Shown here: piece after piece, positions 12,480-24,469 of the stretch | How positions within the stretch are numbered: the first letter of the stretch is position 1 | How the letters are laid out: each line of letters begins with the position of its first letter | DNA from: Lophium mytilinum | Taxonomy: Eukaryota | Length of the DNA stretch: 64,000 nucleotides | Assembly (NCBI GenBank): GCA_010093605.1 | Contig: MU004204.1 | Span: 142,959 to 206,958 of the forward strand | Direction: 5' to 3' | Position numbers and translations under genes: made by a program | Notes under the pieces: generated by a model | Told to the model about the DNA's origin: nothing | The model's input: only the letters and a program-made list of their open reading frames with translations | Databases searched by the model: none

Positions 12480-15400
12480 GGTGGTGCGTTTGAGAAGGGG
12501 TTGGTGCCTAGTGAAAGCTCGAGCGGAAGGTCATAAGCCAGGTGCGAAGGTGAAGGGCATTCTCCTGGCCGAGTATTGGGAAGACGTGAATGTCGAAAGG
12601 GCGATGCCGTGCCTCCGTCCAATGCGGGCTGCCGTGTTATCCCACCGCTCACTCGCCAAACAAGTCTATTGGCGGTCTCCCCAAAGTATCGGAAGCCTCA
12701 CAGCACTACCACCCCTCCACTCCCCAACACCCTCTTCACGACCACAACACGAAGCAGTTCTGAGACTGTTGCTGTCTCTCGAGACTCACCTTACTCACAC
12801 TAACCACCGCATGCGGCTTACTGACCTCCCGGGAGTTCCTGGCGAAGGCGGGGAACCGGCAGAGCTAATCCACCCGAACAGCCTCTTCATCCTCCATTGC
12901 TCATCAGAAGCCTCGTCCCAATGATTGGAGTAGCTTCCAAACCATCTCAAGCTATCCCTCAGCAAGCTGCTGCAGGGATAAGATGGTTTGGACATGCTGG
13001 TGTTGAGCCAAGTGCCATACTCCCCGAGCCGGCACAACGCAATCTGCCTCCGCACCGCCGCAGCACTACCTCTTCCTCGTTCTCAGCTTGAATGGGCACT
13101 TTCGACTCTTCTCCTGGATGCTCCCATCCAGCATTGACGCAAGCGGCATCGTTGACGCGTCCGTGTCGCCTCCTCACCTGACCTAGATCTCTAAAGACCT
13201 TCGGGCGTCTGCCGCACTGCAACATCGAGTCTTCGTCGCCGACGTTTCGAGTCAATGCCATATCCTACTCTCCCAACATCTCCCAGCCATCCTGTGAGGC
13301 ACCCCAGCGTCCTCAAGACAAGAAGACATCCGTCGAGAAATCCCCTTTCCTGGTGAGATGGCCCGTGCTGTGGTGCGCCTCACTGCCAGAAGTGCACCGC
13401 CACAGCTGTTGGCGAAGACTCGCTGCATTGGTCGGATCCTTCGCTGGGGGGTAACAAGTCGACTCGATCCAGGATATCTGTTGTTTGATACCGGCCTGCC
13501 CTAAATCGTATGGAGGGTCATCTGTTCTGGTGGACTTTGTGTTGAAACCTTGGGCAGAGACAGCTTCCGGTCTTCGATATCGGCATCCAAACCACATTTG
13601 TTTGCGCCCTGGGGATCCTCCGGGAGAGCAAATCGTTGAACCTTACACACTTCGTAAGAAGAGAGCACTTAGAATATCTCGACACCCTCCTGTCCCGTCG
13701 TGCGGTGGAAGATACACTTAGCATCGCGCTGGATAGGTAAGGCGTGGAATTGCAAGGCCAACGGTAAGATGAGATGTAAGGTTCCAGTTGTCCCTGGCTA
13801 GATGCCCTTCCTCCTCTTTACGAATTCTTAGCTCGTGCTATTTCTGCTGAATATATACTTTCACTCTAGATGCTTTCTTTCCGTTGCCCAGATCTATTCG
13901 ATTTCAATTTCCATTCTTTTTAGCTTTGCATCAAACTTCTTCGTCGACAAATCCTCCGCAGCCTCATAGATCTATTATACCTCAAAGAGATCCCTCTCTT
14001 TAAACCTTAGTCATTCCCAGAATCTGTCCGTATTTCTTTGCCGAAGATAGGTTCCAGTTAGCTTTTGGGGAGGATGCCTCTTGGATGACAACAGTCTGCA
14101 GTCCTTTTCTAACTCTTGCTCTGTTCCGATCTTTTCGACCACAAGGGAGGCAAACAGTTAATCTTTTCGTTGCTCAGTAGTAGTCTGTCTTTCCGGGTCC
14201 GATGGTACTCCCGTGACTATTTTCCTTCACTCGATGATTTCTGAACATCTCCTCGGATTTCTTCACTAGAGGTAGGTCCTCGTTCAGCTCCTAACACTAA
14301 GAAGCCTTCGGATCTTTCGAAAATTCAGTGGTCTCCTCTTGCTGCTTTACTTGCTCCATGGATGATGCATTTGCGTCCCGATGCATATTTCACTCGAGTC
14401 TCGAACTCCTCAAACCCCTTTCATATATCTCTTGCCAAGTTAGGTCCCTGCTCGTTCTCTTCACCATGCACTCCCAAGTTGCGCTTCTTGATCTCCCTGA
14501 ACATCCTGAGTCTTTCTCGGCAAAGGTGAGCCAACTCTATCTGTCTTTAGTAAGTTTCTTGCATCTCGTTTCATAAAGTCCTCGATTATCTCTTCGTATA
14601 TTCTCTTCGCCACTGTAGGTTTAGAGACTTCTCTATAGCCTCTCCAATGAACGTCTTCCATCCTGCAAGTCTACCTTTGCCAGTCCAATACAAAGGTAGG
14701 TGGCAGCGTAGAGTCATGAGTGCAGTTTCCATTTGATCCGTTTCAGATGTTCGTCATGAACAGATTTGCTCGCATCCTTTCCTCATTTTAGCCAAAGGCC
14801 CGGACGGTAAGTCGTCAAGTCGGCGAATTTTCTCCCTGGGCACCGATGGCTCCCAGGGTGGAGCTTAAGTCCATCGCTCATGATCGCATCAGTTCCTTCA
14901 TCTTTTGTGTTTCGACCTTTGATTCCGGGACTATACCGCAGTTAGGTGGATGCTTCCTTCGGCCCTGGACACCGATGGTCTCCAGGGGAAAACTCTGCAT
15001 GCTTTGCTCGATTTGCTTAATATTTTTCAATCGCTTGACGTCGAAAACTTCAACTCATTCCAAAATTCGAAGGGAAATCGGCTTATTGTTTCGTCCTGGT
15101 TACCGATGGTCTCTAGGGCAAACGTCTTTTCCTAACTACTCGCCAGCTTGATCGAGCTTCTCAACTCTTACGCGTCGAACTTCTCGTTTTCGTAGGACAG
15201 TGGTCCTTGGATCAAGTTGTCTTCGTGTTTGCCTGGCAGTATTCCTGATCTCTGAATTGCTAAATCTTGAACCCCTCGGCCACGGTTATTAAGGGCCATA
15301 CCGGGGCTAACCTCAAGTTTATTAGTAGTTGTCAGGACTGTTCGGCTCCTCCGAATCCTGCATAACCCTCTCTTTCTTGTCACATTGGACGTCTAGTCCT

Positions 15401-16199
15401 TCGTTCATCAGCTACGTTTACAGTCGTCGGTAGCTTCAGCCGCATCAGCACTTTCCCATACTCGTTTGGTCCCATGTTTCCTCGTCATCAAGTTCCCCAG
15501 AGTCTCAAAGATAGGCAATATAAACAGGAGGCACGGTCGGGGATAAGTGCAAAACCTGAAACTAGGGATCAAGGTATGCATGAAAGACCAAGGTGGGTGA
15601 GTGTCCTCTGGAGCCCCTTTTGATGTTGCTCTGCTCAACAGTCAGCATGTTGTTCGTGCTTCGATTTCTCTCACCATGAGTCTTCCGCCTTGCGAGTCGC
15701 TGTTTCTTCCTATCATGGCCTTCTCCTCTGCCAAAACTTCCTCGTTACTCTCGATCAGATGTGTCCGGCCGTGAGTGGCATTCTCCTTCAGTCTTGACAT
15801 TAGCAGGGTTTCTTTGCCTCTTACTCTCTGTGCTGAAGGCCCTTTCGTCCGCTCTTGAATGTCGTCTTGGGCTTGGACCCTTTTTAATGTTACTCAGTAT
15901 ACCCATTCGTCGTTGCTTCCATACCTCAAGGGTGTCAGCTCTCGCAATGTCCACATGGAGTCTCCCAGATCATGTGTTGTTCATTTCAGACTTGAGTCTT
16001 CTTTCCTACGTCGTGCAGCTTTCATATTTCTTAGTCGAGAGGTTTCCTGACTTTTGTTAGCAGTTGTTCTCGTTTTCGTAGGTCTTCTCTTATTCAGTTT
16101 CGGTCTCCGCGCCTTTCATTATTTCTCGTCTATGTGTTTCTGCGAAGAATCATAGTCTCGGACGCTACATGGGAATCCAGTCCCGAAGCTGGATCAAGA

Positions 16200-18180
16200 T
16201 GTTGAAGGTTCTGTATCGTCGTTAGTCTTGAAGACGCCAAAGTGGTGTTCTCGCTCACGTCTCCGGTTAAGATCGTCCCTGTGGCCCTGGAGAATGAGTT
16301 ACTGTGTGTCCCGCCTGGGTGGTTGCATCGACATTTCCCAAGCGGTGTGTTTTCGTCTCAGTTCCGCCCATACACCTTCCGAGGTCGTCCGGCAAGATGT
16401 CAACGCTCTAGGGAGAGCTCGAAAGTTGTGTCAGTGTGCTTTGAATAGATCCACGTTAGATGCCCGACGCGTGATGCGTAGGAAGTGTCGATGGTCTGGG
16501 CTCTAGTCCGAGTGATGAAGAGACGATGTCCAAGGATGAAGGAAAGCGCACGCGGACAAAGGCTCTATCGAGTGCATCGCTGCGAGATGAAGCCCAATCA
16601 GTGTACTACCAACGGCAACATCAGCCGAATGTTTCAGAGAAAAAATCTGGAAGAAATCGCAAATACAGAATTGCTCTTGCTCCCATGGAAGTTGTACTGG
16701 AGAACTTTTCAGCAAGAGAAGTGGAAGTTTGACTTCAAGGAGAGTTCTGGAGCAGGCCTCATGGTATAAAACGCGTCTCCCGTCTTGTAGCTCCCGGTCA
16801 AAAACGTCGATCGGTCAACCTTGCTAGCGCATCGAGGCCATAAAGCAGACACCATACCCAGCCGATCGCTTAGGATGTCTTCGTCGTTGTATGTGTAGCT
16901 CATCCGAACCTTCTGCTTGCAGTCATCATAGCTTGAGTTGCATATTATCAGGACCAGAAGTTTACCCATCGGTCCCTGCTGGAAGCCGAGACACTGGCGA
17001 GCGCGAGATGCGCTGGAACAGCTGAGGGCTATGTGCGGTATGTTGACCCGACGGCCGGCCGTGGAGGAGTCGACAATTGCCGAAGTTCGAGATGAATGGT
17101 GTTCCGATCGAAGTCGTGCCTGGAGACTAAACGAAGCCAAAGACGAAGATGATGTCAGCTAGGAGACCGCCACCTGAGTCTATGCCGATCAGGACTTTTT
17201 GGTTTCCCTCACGGTTCTTTCGTATCGACTTCGAAGTCCGCGCCTCCTTGTCTTGCGGGTACAGACGTCTTGTTACCGAGGACTGGAATGTTACCATATT
17301 CCCGCGCCATACTAATATTGAGGGTCCTGGCTTATTTTGAGGGTGAAACTCGGAAAAGGGGCATGTCTTCCAACCTAGGCCTGAAGTAACTACCGCCACA
17401 TAGAGCATGATTGTGGTCCTATCCAATTCCTAAGGGTCGTCTTCCAAGTTGCGGCGTTGGTATGCGCTGTCGAAAGCAGAAGTCCAGTGGTCGTTTGCCC
17501 TAGCCATTTTTTGATCTCAAAGATTGAACTTATTGTGGACGCATCTTAGGCAGGGTTCGTTGGACTCTGGATTCTAGGCCGTATCCCCAGTCTTGTTGTG
17601 GACCTCCTGGGTGTAGCCGCAGGTATCCAGGCTGCTCAGCGATTCCATCATCCCCGCCCAGCGAAGGCGAGGCATTGCATTGGGATCCAAAGAAAAGCTA
17701 GTAGGATCAGGAATCGTCAGTAAAGTACAAGGCCAACCGTCAGGGTTGAGCGCCAGCCTGTCGGCAACGCCAGGGGTTATCGATCGCCGCTTCGCGACCC
17801 ATATGTCTCGCGCAATGCCGTGGGACGCGCAACCGCGGTGCTCCTATGCCCGCGTCCAATGGAATTCTTCGTTGTCGCCGCCGTTTGGTCTGGGTTTGTG
17901 CACAGGCTGCCGGTAGTGGGTTCGCTGGCGTGGAGGTTTCCAGCGCCCGTTCATCTATAGCTTGGGCATCCTGATCCGTTCTGTTCTTAGCCGATACCGA
18001 GGACGTCAAGCTTCTCACGCCCTCCGGCCTACCCTTGGAGTCGCGTCGGTGCTGTTGTCCTCTAAGCTCGCCTGCCTCAGAGCTTAAAACTCATCGGCGA
18101 CGGCGCAAACTTCTCCTGCGCAAGCTCGATGTCCTTGGAAATATGATCTACGGTGACGAAATTAACCCTTCTCAGCGGGC
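16200..18180 (-). pseudogene. Heavily decayed DEAH-box (Prp43/Prp22-like) RNA helicase remnant
   Basis: Degenerate motifs occur in the expected order across stops and frameshifts: AACAQTQ (cf. ACTQPRR), QEVHNKTGDT (cf. DEAHERT..TD), PGPSILVW (cf. PGDILVF), EGNQKVLIG..DIIFVFGF, KQKV..YN, AFYTMRPAPEL..N..LLLLKS, STLIGLHLAAMHSIEP (HA2-like), HNFRALPRA, LILQGH..GVFKT. Confidence 0.5.
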
Positions 18181-19340
18181 CTGCGCGTGTTCTTTCGCGG
18201 TCGTGCTCTGTTAGATCCTCTGCAGCTCCGTAGATGTCGCGCCATGAGAACATCCCTCACCCGTGCGTGTTGCCTTCAGTGACGACTCTCTGCTTGCGTT
18301 TTGCCTCCGCGGGCTTCTCGCTGGGCCAATCTGTTCTCTCAAGTAAGGCGAGGGGGTAATGGAACCAGGAAGCGCGTGTGCTGTTTCGTGGAGGCGTCGC
18401 GGCCTCGTCATCGTAGCCTTAGGCTCTCCGAGGGCCGCCCCGCATCGCTGCTGGGGGTTATAGATTGGACACTTCGTACGGATACGCTCTCGTTGGACTG
18501 AAGAGATCGTCGAGAGCTGCTGCTGCGTCGAAGAGAGTAAGATTCTTCGAGTTTTGTGTGCTTGAGGCTGTCGCAAGACGTCTCCCCGAGTCGGACCCCC
18601 GAAACGTCCCCCTCGCCGCCGTGGCCGTCATGGTCCTCTTGCGTGGCGGAAACCAAAAGCGCTGGCTTTATTGAAGGCTGAAGAAGCTGGAGGGTCAGTA
18701 AAGAAGCGACCAGAGAAGAAATGGGAAAATCGAAGTCGTGGTGTTGCGGCTTGTCGTAGGCAAACACCGCCGTCTCCCGAAGGAGATATCACCGCACGGG
18801 CCGCATCAGAGCACATTGCGCTCAGCAATCAGCCATCGCGAATATGCTAGAGCTTTAAAACAGGCGCAATCATAGACGCTGCTGCGAATGACTACAGGCG
18901 ACATTGAAAAACTGAGCTACTTCGGCGATGCGGGAAAGCGAGTAAAGCGCAGTCGGCCTCCTCCTTGTTCAGCATACACAAGCTAGTCACGGTGCGAGTA
19001 GGCGATTTTGAAGGGATGATATGCATTTGATGGCGCTGAACTACGATTGAGGAAGGAAAATCTCATTTTTTTCTTTAATGCCGTGCTACGCTTTACAGAC
19101 TTCACGACACAGCAGCACGCATGGAATATATGAGAAGCGGCACTGAAACGTTTCATGATCTGCCTATCTACCTTGGGGACGCCGACGACGGTCTCATCCA
19201 GGTTCATGACCATTTAAAATCTCATGCTTTCAGCCAGCCAGCCAGCCATCGAGCTCAGAGCCATCTCCATCTCAATCTCAAACCTTGAATGGTATCTTCT
19301 GCATGTTGTATCAGTACCACATCCTCACCGTCGGTTATCA

Positions 19341-19451
19341 ATGCAACTTACAAGCTATTCGCATACCCGCGCGCCTCATGGATTTCCGTACTCTACAGCG
19401 CAACATACGAGCTGTCGGCGTATCCGAGCGCCTCGCGGATCTCCGTACTCT
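19341..19451. repeat. 57-bp tandem duplication (19 codons on the minus strand)
   Basis: caac..gct..cg..ta.ccg.gcgcctc..ggat.tccgtactct at 19344 and 19401. Minus strand reads STEIREALGYADSSYVAL* then STEIHEARGYANSL*VAL. Confidence 0.85.
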
Positions 19452-19943
19452 TAAGCCCCCGAATCTTCCGTCGCTTGGAGGTGTTTTGGTCTCCGGTCGA
19501 GATCCATTCGTCGAAGTCCGACACGAACGCTTAAAAGGACTGTAGGCTCTGAGCCAACGCCATTTCGCACCATGCCATGATAGGATGAGTAACAAGTATG
19601 CTCGTTGATTCCAAAGCTCAGCATCTACCTGCAGCCTGAAGTCGAGCAGAGGCATTGAAACTGAACAGACTGTCTGAGACAGCCTTGGACCGGTGTCAAG
19701 TCTCCCACATCCCAACCAGAGCTACAATGCTCGTCATTACCGACCTCTTTGTGTCTGACATGAGACTCAATCCGATATCCACCCATCCATCAGCTGCTCG
19801 CTCGTATAGCAAATCTTGGTGATGTACAGTCGTAACAATTTTGGCGTGAGCGATGCCCTTGCGGTGCAGAATCGTGCCTTTTTCTTTCTTCCCGTACCAA
19901 AGACTAATGGCGCCGGAGGAAACGAGCACGTTCAATATTCGCT

Positions 19944-20048
19944 CCGGCTGACGAGTTAGTCCTTCTTCGTCGTTAGTAGATGCGCGGTCTGGCATGCCCT
20001 CCATACGCAGAGCCACTAGCGACGAAGAAGGAAAGACTCGTCAGCCGG
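19944..20048. repeat. 34-bp imperfect inverted repeat with a 37-nt spacer
   Basis: ccggctgacgagttagtccttcttcgtcgttagt (19944-19977) versus the reverse complement of 20015-20048, ccggctgacgagtctttccttcttcgtcgctagt: 30 of 34 positions match. Confidence 0.9.
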
Positions 20049-20224
20049 CACTCTTGTCGCGGGCGCGCTTGGGCTCAGGCTGTGGGAGGAGTTCGAAGTT
20101 GGTGATTGAGGTCCCACCGTGTCGAAGGGGCGACAAGAAGGCCTGGCAGTCATTAGCATAAGGCCCTTGCGAGGAGTGAGAGAGCCACTCACTTCGCCTT
20201 CACCAGCAGCTCGTCTCCGATTAT

Positions 20225-20960
20225 GCCGACTTCATTACGCCTTCGCGTGCTCGCATCCAGTTTTTGTTGCCTCGGAGGGTGTTGATCTGACCGTTGTGAG
20301 CAGCCCATCGGAGCGGCTGAGCACGGTCCCAGCTGGGAAAGGTGTTCGTCGAAAACCGTGAGTGGACCAACGCGAAGTGTCCCTCGTAGTCCACAGAGAC
20401 CAGGTCAAAGTAGTACTGATAGACTTGCACAGGTTGCAAGCTGTCCCTTGTACACAATGTTCTTGTTGCTCAACGAGCAAAGGTAGAACCAGTTTGAGGA
20501 TCGATGGTGTGTGTCGCCCGCTTGCGTAGGTCGTATAGCTGTCGCTCGAAACAAGATTCCTCAAACTTCTGGGCGAAGCTTCGTTCGGCTGCTTGCCGCT
20601 ACTATAGGCCGATTTCAAGACGACGAATGGCTGGAGAATGACAGGCTTTCGGGATAATGCCGCGGACCCCAACAAGGTTGAGCCTCGAGGGACATCTCGA
20701 GCGTCTGGGCCAAGCGGCCGAGCGAACCGAGCACCGATGAGATCACGTTGCATAGTAGGGACCGACCTATTTCGCAGCTTAGCTTCTTGAAGCTTCACAG
20801 TTTATGGAGTCTTCTTACCATCGCTCACAATCTTATGGCAGGCCTTGCCCTTGATATGGCTGTGTCCTGTTAGTGGCCTCGTGTCTTGACAGAGACAGAG
20901 GCGGGGAGAGACTCACGCAGCAACTCCAATCCCGCAGGTGTCTTTAACGTCCTCGGATAT
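20225..20960 (-). pseudogene. GLT1: Glutamate synthase (GLT1) N-terminal amidotransferase-domain fragment; introns retained, internally deleted, frameshifted
   Basis: KDTCGIGVAA [intron 20860-20916] HIKGKACHKIVSD [intron 20767-20818] GRSLLCNV..., then PDARD fused to [72 protein letters not shown]...[47 protein letters not shown]. It then ends abruptly. Confidence 0.93.
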
Positions 20961-21715
20961 TGTTCGGCACGAGGGAGCAAGACCGGTCCAGCTTGAGAAT
21001 CTGAGACACCAGCTGCAGGTCATGATTCTGGACGATGAAGCCACCCCTCTGACCGCCATTGTACGGCGTCGTGGACAGGTCCATCGGCCAGAATGATGCC
21101 CTGAACGATGTCGACGGCTCAGCGTCCTCAATCGCACCCAATCTGCCGTGCCAGAATGGGTCGTTCAATTCGAGGTTCTTCAGGTCTAGCATCTTAGGCG
21201 GCATACCTTGAAAAGCCATGTGGTGGCTTACGGCGGTATCTGATCTGTAAAGCACACAACCATTCGAGGGTTCGGGGATGGCCATCAGAATAGCAAGCTC
21301 GAGTCCCAAGGGAAGTCCAGAGCACTTGATACCAGTCCATCTGGAGGCACTAGCGCCACCATCGTGCCCGGAGCTCAGAAGGTGATCAGCATTCGCCTCA
21401 GGGATGCGACGGTACCAACTCCAGGGGAGGGTCGAGATCTCGGGCGTCTGAGCCAACGTCGGTGTTTGTGCCTCTCCTGCTTCTTGAACATCACATACCT
21501 GACATTGCCTTCCTTCTCTTGAGGCAAGCGGGTCTCGGCGATGGGATGGATCACTTCGTTGACTTGGCGGCTGGAAACGATGCGGTTCCGGTTACGGGTT
21601 TGCATGACTTCGGCTCGCTCTCGCTCTTATTGCCGGTAGAAAAAAAGCATTTCGTCCCGAATAGTGGGATGGGTACTGGCGAGGATGGCACAGAGCTTCC
21701 GGAGCTTCAGGTTCG

Positions 21716-21856
21716 TTCTATGGCTTTAGCATCTGGGTTTGATCGGGAATTTCTGTCGTAGAGGCAGTCAACGTCCGTCATCAGGAATAGGTAGTCAGTC
21801 TGGACCATGCCGGCGGTGATGGCAGAAAGAGTGTCGTTGTCGCCAAACTTGATCTC
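21716..21856 (-). pseudogene. PRO1: Glutamate 5-kinase (PRO1) internal fragment A
   Basis: [47 protein letters not shown] contains the FGDND and LxTDVD motifs of glutamate 5-kinase; flanks are unrelated. Confidence 0.92.
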
Positions 21857-22989
21857 CCCACGACCTGCTGGGTAGCAGGATTGAGATTTCTAGCATCTAA
21901 GCCCACGGCGTGGAGACTCGCAGTGGTTCTGACGTGCAAAACGATTGTCAGATGTGGACGTGGTGGTAGGAGAGACAGCAAAACCAGAAAGGCGCAGGAA
22001 AATATGGGCAGTCGTTTAAGCGAGCTAAGCCTTTTTGGGCGACCAACACCACTATCCTTTCCCGGAGGTTTCAAATCCGGACGGAGCCCACAGAGACCGT
22101 CTTGAACAGTTAAGTTCAGCTGTTCTACCTCAGACGACATCATCTATAGTTCAAAAGGGACGTCGTGATGATCGTTTCTTGAGGCTCAAGTGAGCAGAAA
22201 GTCTTCGCCTCTAGATTTAGACGTTCAGTCACTGAACATGGATGGAGGATACGGCGACATCTTGCTTGACAAAGAGTTATATTCTGAACCGTATCAGCCC
22301 GTACAACTAGCCCAAGTGTCCTGCAAAAGCGTGGGGCTCCACGCAAAGGCGTCGCCCAAAAAAGTGAAAAAAAGCACTACCCTCCCCACTGAGGACTCGA
22401 ACCCGCCCAAAAAGAATTCGAAGCTACTCTTTGATAAAGCGTGTCATCCTTAGTGCCGGGGCCATGCTAATCTTCTATGGATCGTTTCGAGTTATGACAA
22501 GTGCCCGAAGGCGAAGTGCGTTAACTTTGCACCAAATATATACCACAACAAGCGGGCAGGCCGTGGTCAGTGCGCTACTGGTAGGCATATCAACCGCGAG
22601 AAGTTCGGCAAAACGTTCGAAAGGTAGCTGCGGCGAGTTTTTAACGCTTATGTAGTGCGTGTGAGCTGGAAAAGGTCTTCACTCTTTACACCGAGATGTA
22701 GTAATGGATGGCGCATTTTGCATGCTTTTCGTTAGCACTTCTACAGACACCTTCTCTACGTCTTTATCTACTAGATACTCGGTCTCCAAGCCACGTTCAC
22801 CATAGCTTGATCTTGTCTCTTTAGAAAGGATAACCGTCACGTAAATGCCATTGGAGTCGAGATGCTGTAATACTTCTACCAAAAGCGCCAGTAGGCATAG
22901 TCTTCTTCCACCATCCTTTGCCTCCGTCTACTGCCACCAACGTTCAGAGCCCCACCGTCCATAAATGGCGTCGATCTTAGGCCTGTATG

Positions 22990-23580
22990 TCAGGCGTATG
23001 GGCGCATCACCTTGACATATTCTTGAACTCTCTCAACAACGTCTTCAGCACCCCAGTCGGCGTGGAACATCGAACTCAAGACCATTGTCGCAAATCCCAC
23101 TCCCGAGCCCACCTCCCTAGCAGGGTTTACTGTACCGCAAGCCATCAGGCTACAACACCGTACGTCGATGTCCCGCAGGATTTGTCCGAGAGTTTGGCCC
23201 ACTCCCTGCATGTCCTCGATGAGCTCGAGCAGCTGATCGTGTAAGAACTCAGTTGCCTGTAGCCTGTTCGCGTTCTTGGCCGCCGTGATGTGTACCTCTA
23301 TGTCTCCTCCCATCGCTAGTGCTAAGAGCATCGCCGTCTCGATCGCATGTCGGTATCCACCACTAGCTTCCAGTATCAGGCTGTCGATCGCGTCGTAGTC
23401 GACCCTGTCCTCTTGAGTTGCCCGCCCCGCCTCGACGCGGGCTGTCAAGTTGCCATACCAGGGCACTGAACGGCGGTATCTGGTCTTGGTCACTTCATGC
23501 AAGCGTGTGAGCGCGTCGTCGGCTGTCGTGGGCTGGTACACGCCCGTGGCAATGTCTCGGATGATCTCTACTGCCGCCAT
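22990..23580 (-). CDS. Hypothetical 196-aa protein, apparently intact, no recognised family
   Basis: Open ATG-to-stop frame with protein-like, helix-favouring composition. A candidate 5'-UTR intron lies at ~23612-23685 (gtacga...actaac...aag). Confidence 0.6.
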   Translation of the reverse strand: MAAVEIIRDIATGVYQPTTADDALTRLHEVTKTRYRRSVPWYGNLTARVEAGRATQEDRVDYDAIDSLILEASGGYRHAIETAMLLALAMGGDIEVHITAAKNANRLQATEFLHDQLLELIEDMQGVGQTLGQILRDIDVRCCSLMACGTVNPAREVGSGVGFATMVLSSMFHADWGAEDVVERVQEYVKVMRPYA

Positions 23581-24469
23581 CTTGAGAATCAGGGTCGAGG
23601 GGGACTGGCCGCTTGTTTTGGGTTAGTAAAACAACGCCAGAGGCTAGTTTGGGGCGGACTTGGGCTATCGGAAGTTCGCTCGTACCTTTAGAATGCAAGA
23701 CTGGTTGGTACTTGGCGATACTAGCCTCGTGGCACTGTGCTGCTCAAGGCCTCTGTGCCGTTAACACTGCGGACGTAAAGTTAGGGCGAAGGATCCCTCG
23801 ACCTGCGCTGCGGACTTTCTGAAGCTTCCTACGCACCTTCGGAAATCAGAGAGCTGGACTGCCTTCACGGCCCGCAGATGAGTGTATAACGGGTACGAAC
23901 AACCTCGAAGGGCGCGGAGTAGTGTTGGTGATGGTTTTCGGGTCGTAGCAAGACCTGGGCGGAGATATCAAAGTGGGTTGTGGCCAGCTCGTCTCATTAT
24001 TGGCGGTACTTCCGCCGAACCCGCCATTTGCTACCCAATAATTCATTCACCTCAAAGCTGCTCAGATTGCCCCTCATACGTCAGCACCCTACAATCTAGT
24101 CTGCTATCGTATACTGGTCATTCTACATCGTCATAGCATCAAAGCGAGATTCTTCTACATCACAGTTCCACGTCACCAGGTCAATATGAGCATGTAAAGG
24201 CAGAGTAACGCATATTCAATGGACAATCTTAATTTCGAAGGTCAACTATCCACAAGATACGTCTCTGCGCTAGCCACTCAATGTGAGTGTTACCAGGTGA
24301 CACCGACGCGGAGGTCGCAGAGTCCGATTTCGTCACCCAACCCACCACCAGTGCTGTAGAGAGCTGCAGCCAGCTTCTCTCTACAACAGATTGGCGCGCT
24401 GATGGTAGGCCGACCTGAGCTCAGCATGCCTCCACGGTGGTCCTCGGAAGGGGCTGCGTGGAGGGTGCG

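Noticed and set aside
19545..19563. Further GLT1 GVGS micro-fragment (ggcgttggctcagag on the minus strand)
   Set aside because: About 15 nt of similarity is too short to distinguish from chance.
20235..20798. 187-aa ORF as a functional gene
   Set aside because: It crosses an intron and frameshifts of the GLT1 pseudogene; only part is in the GLT1 frame.
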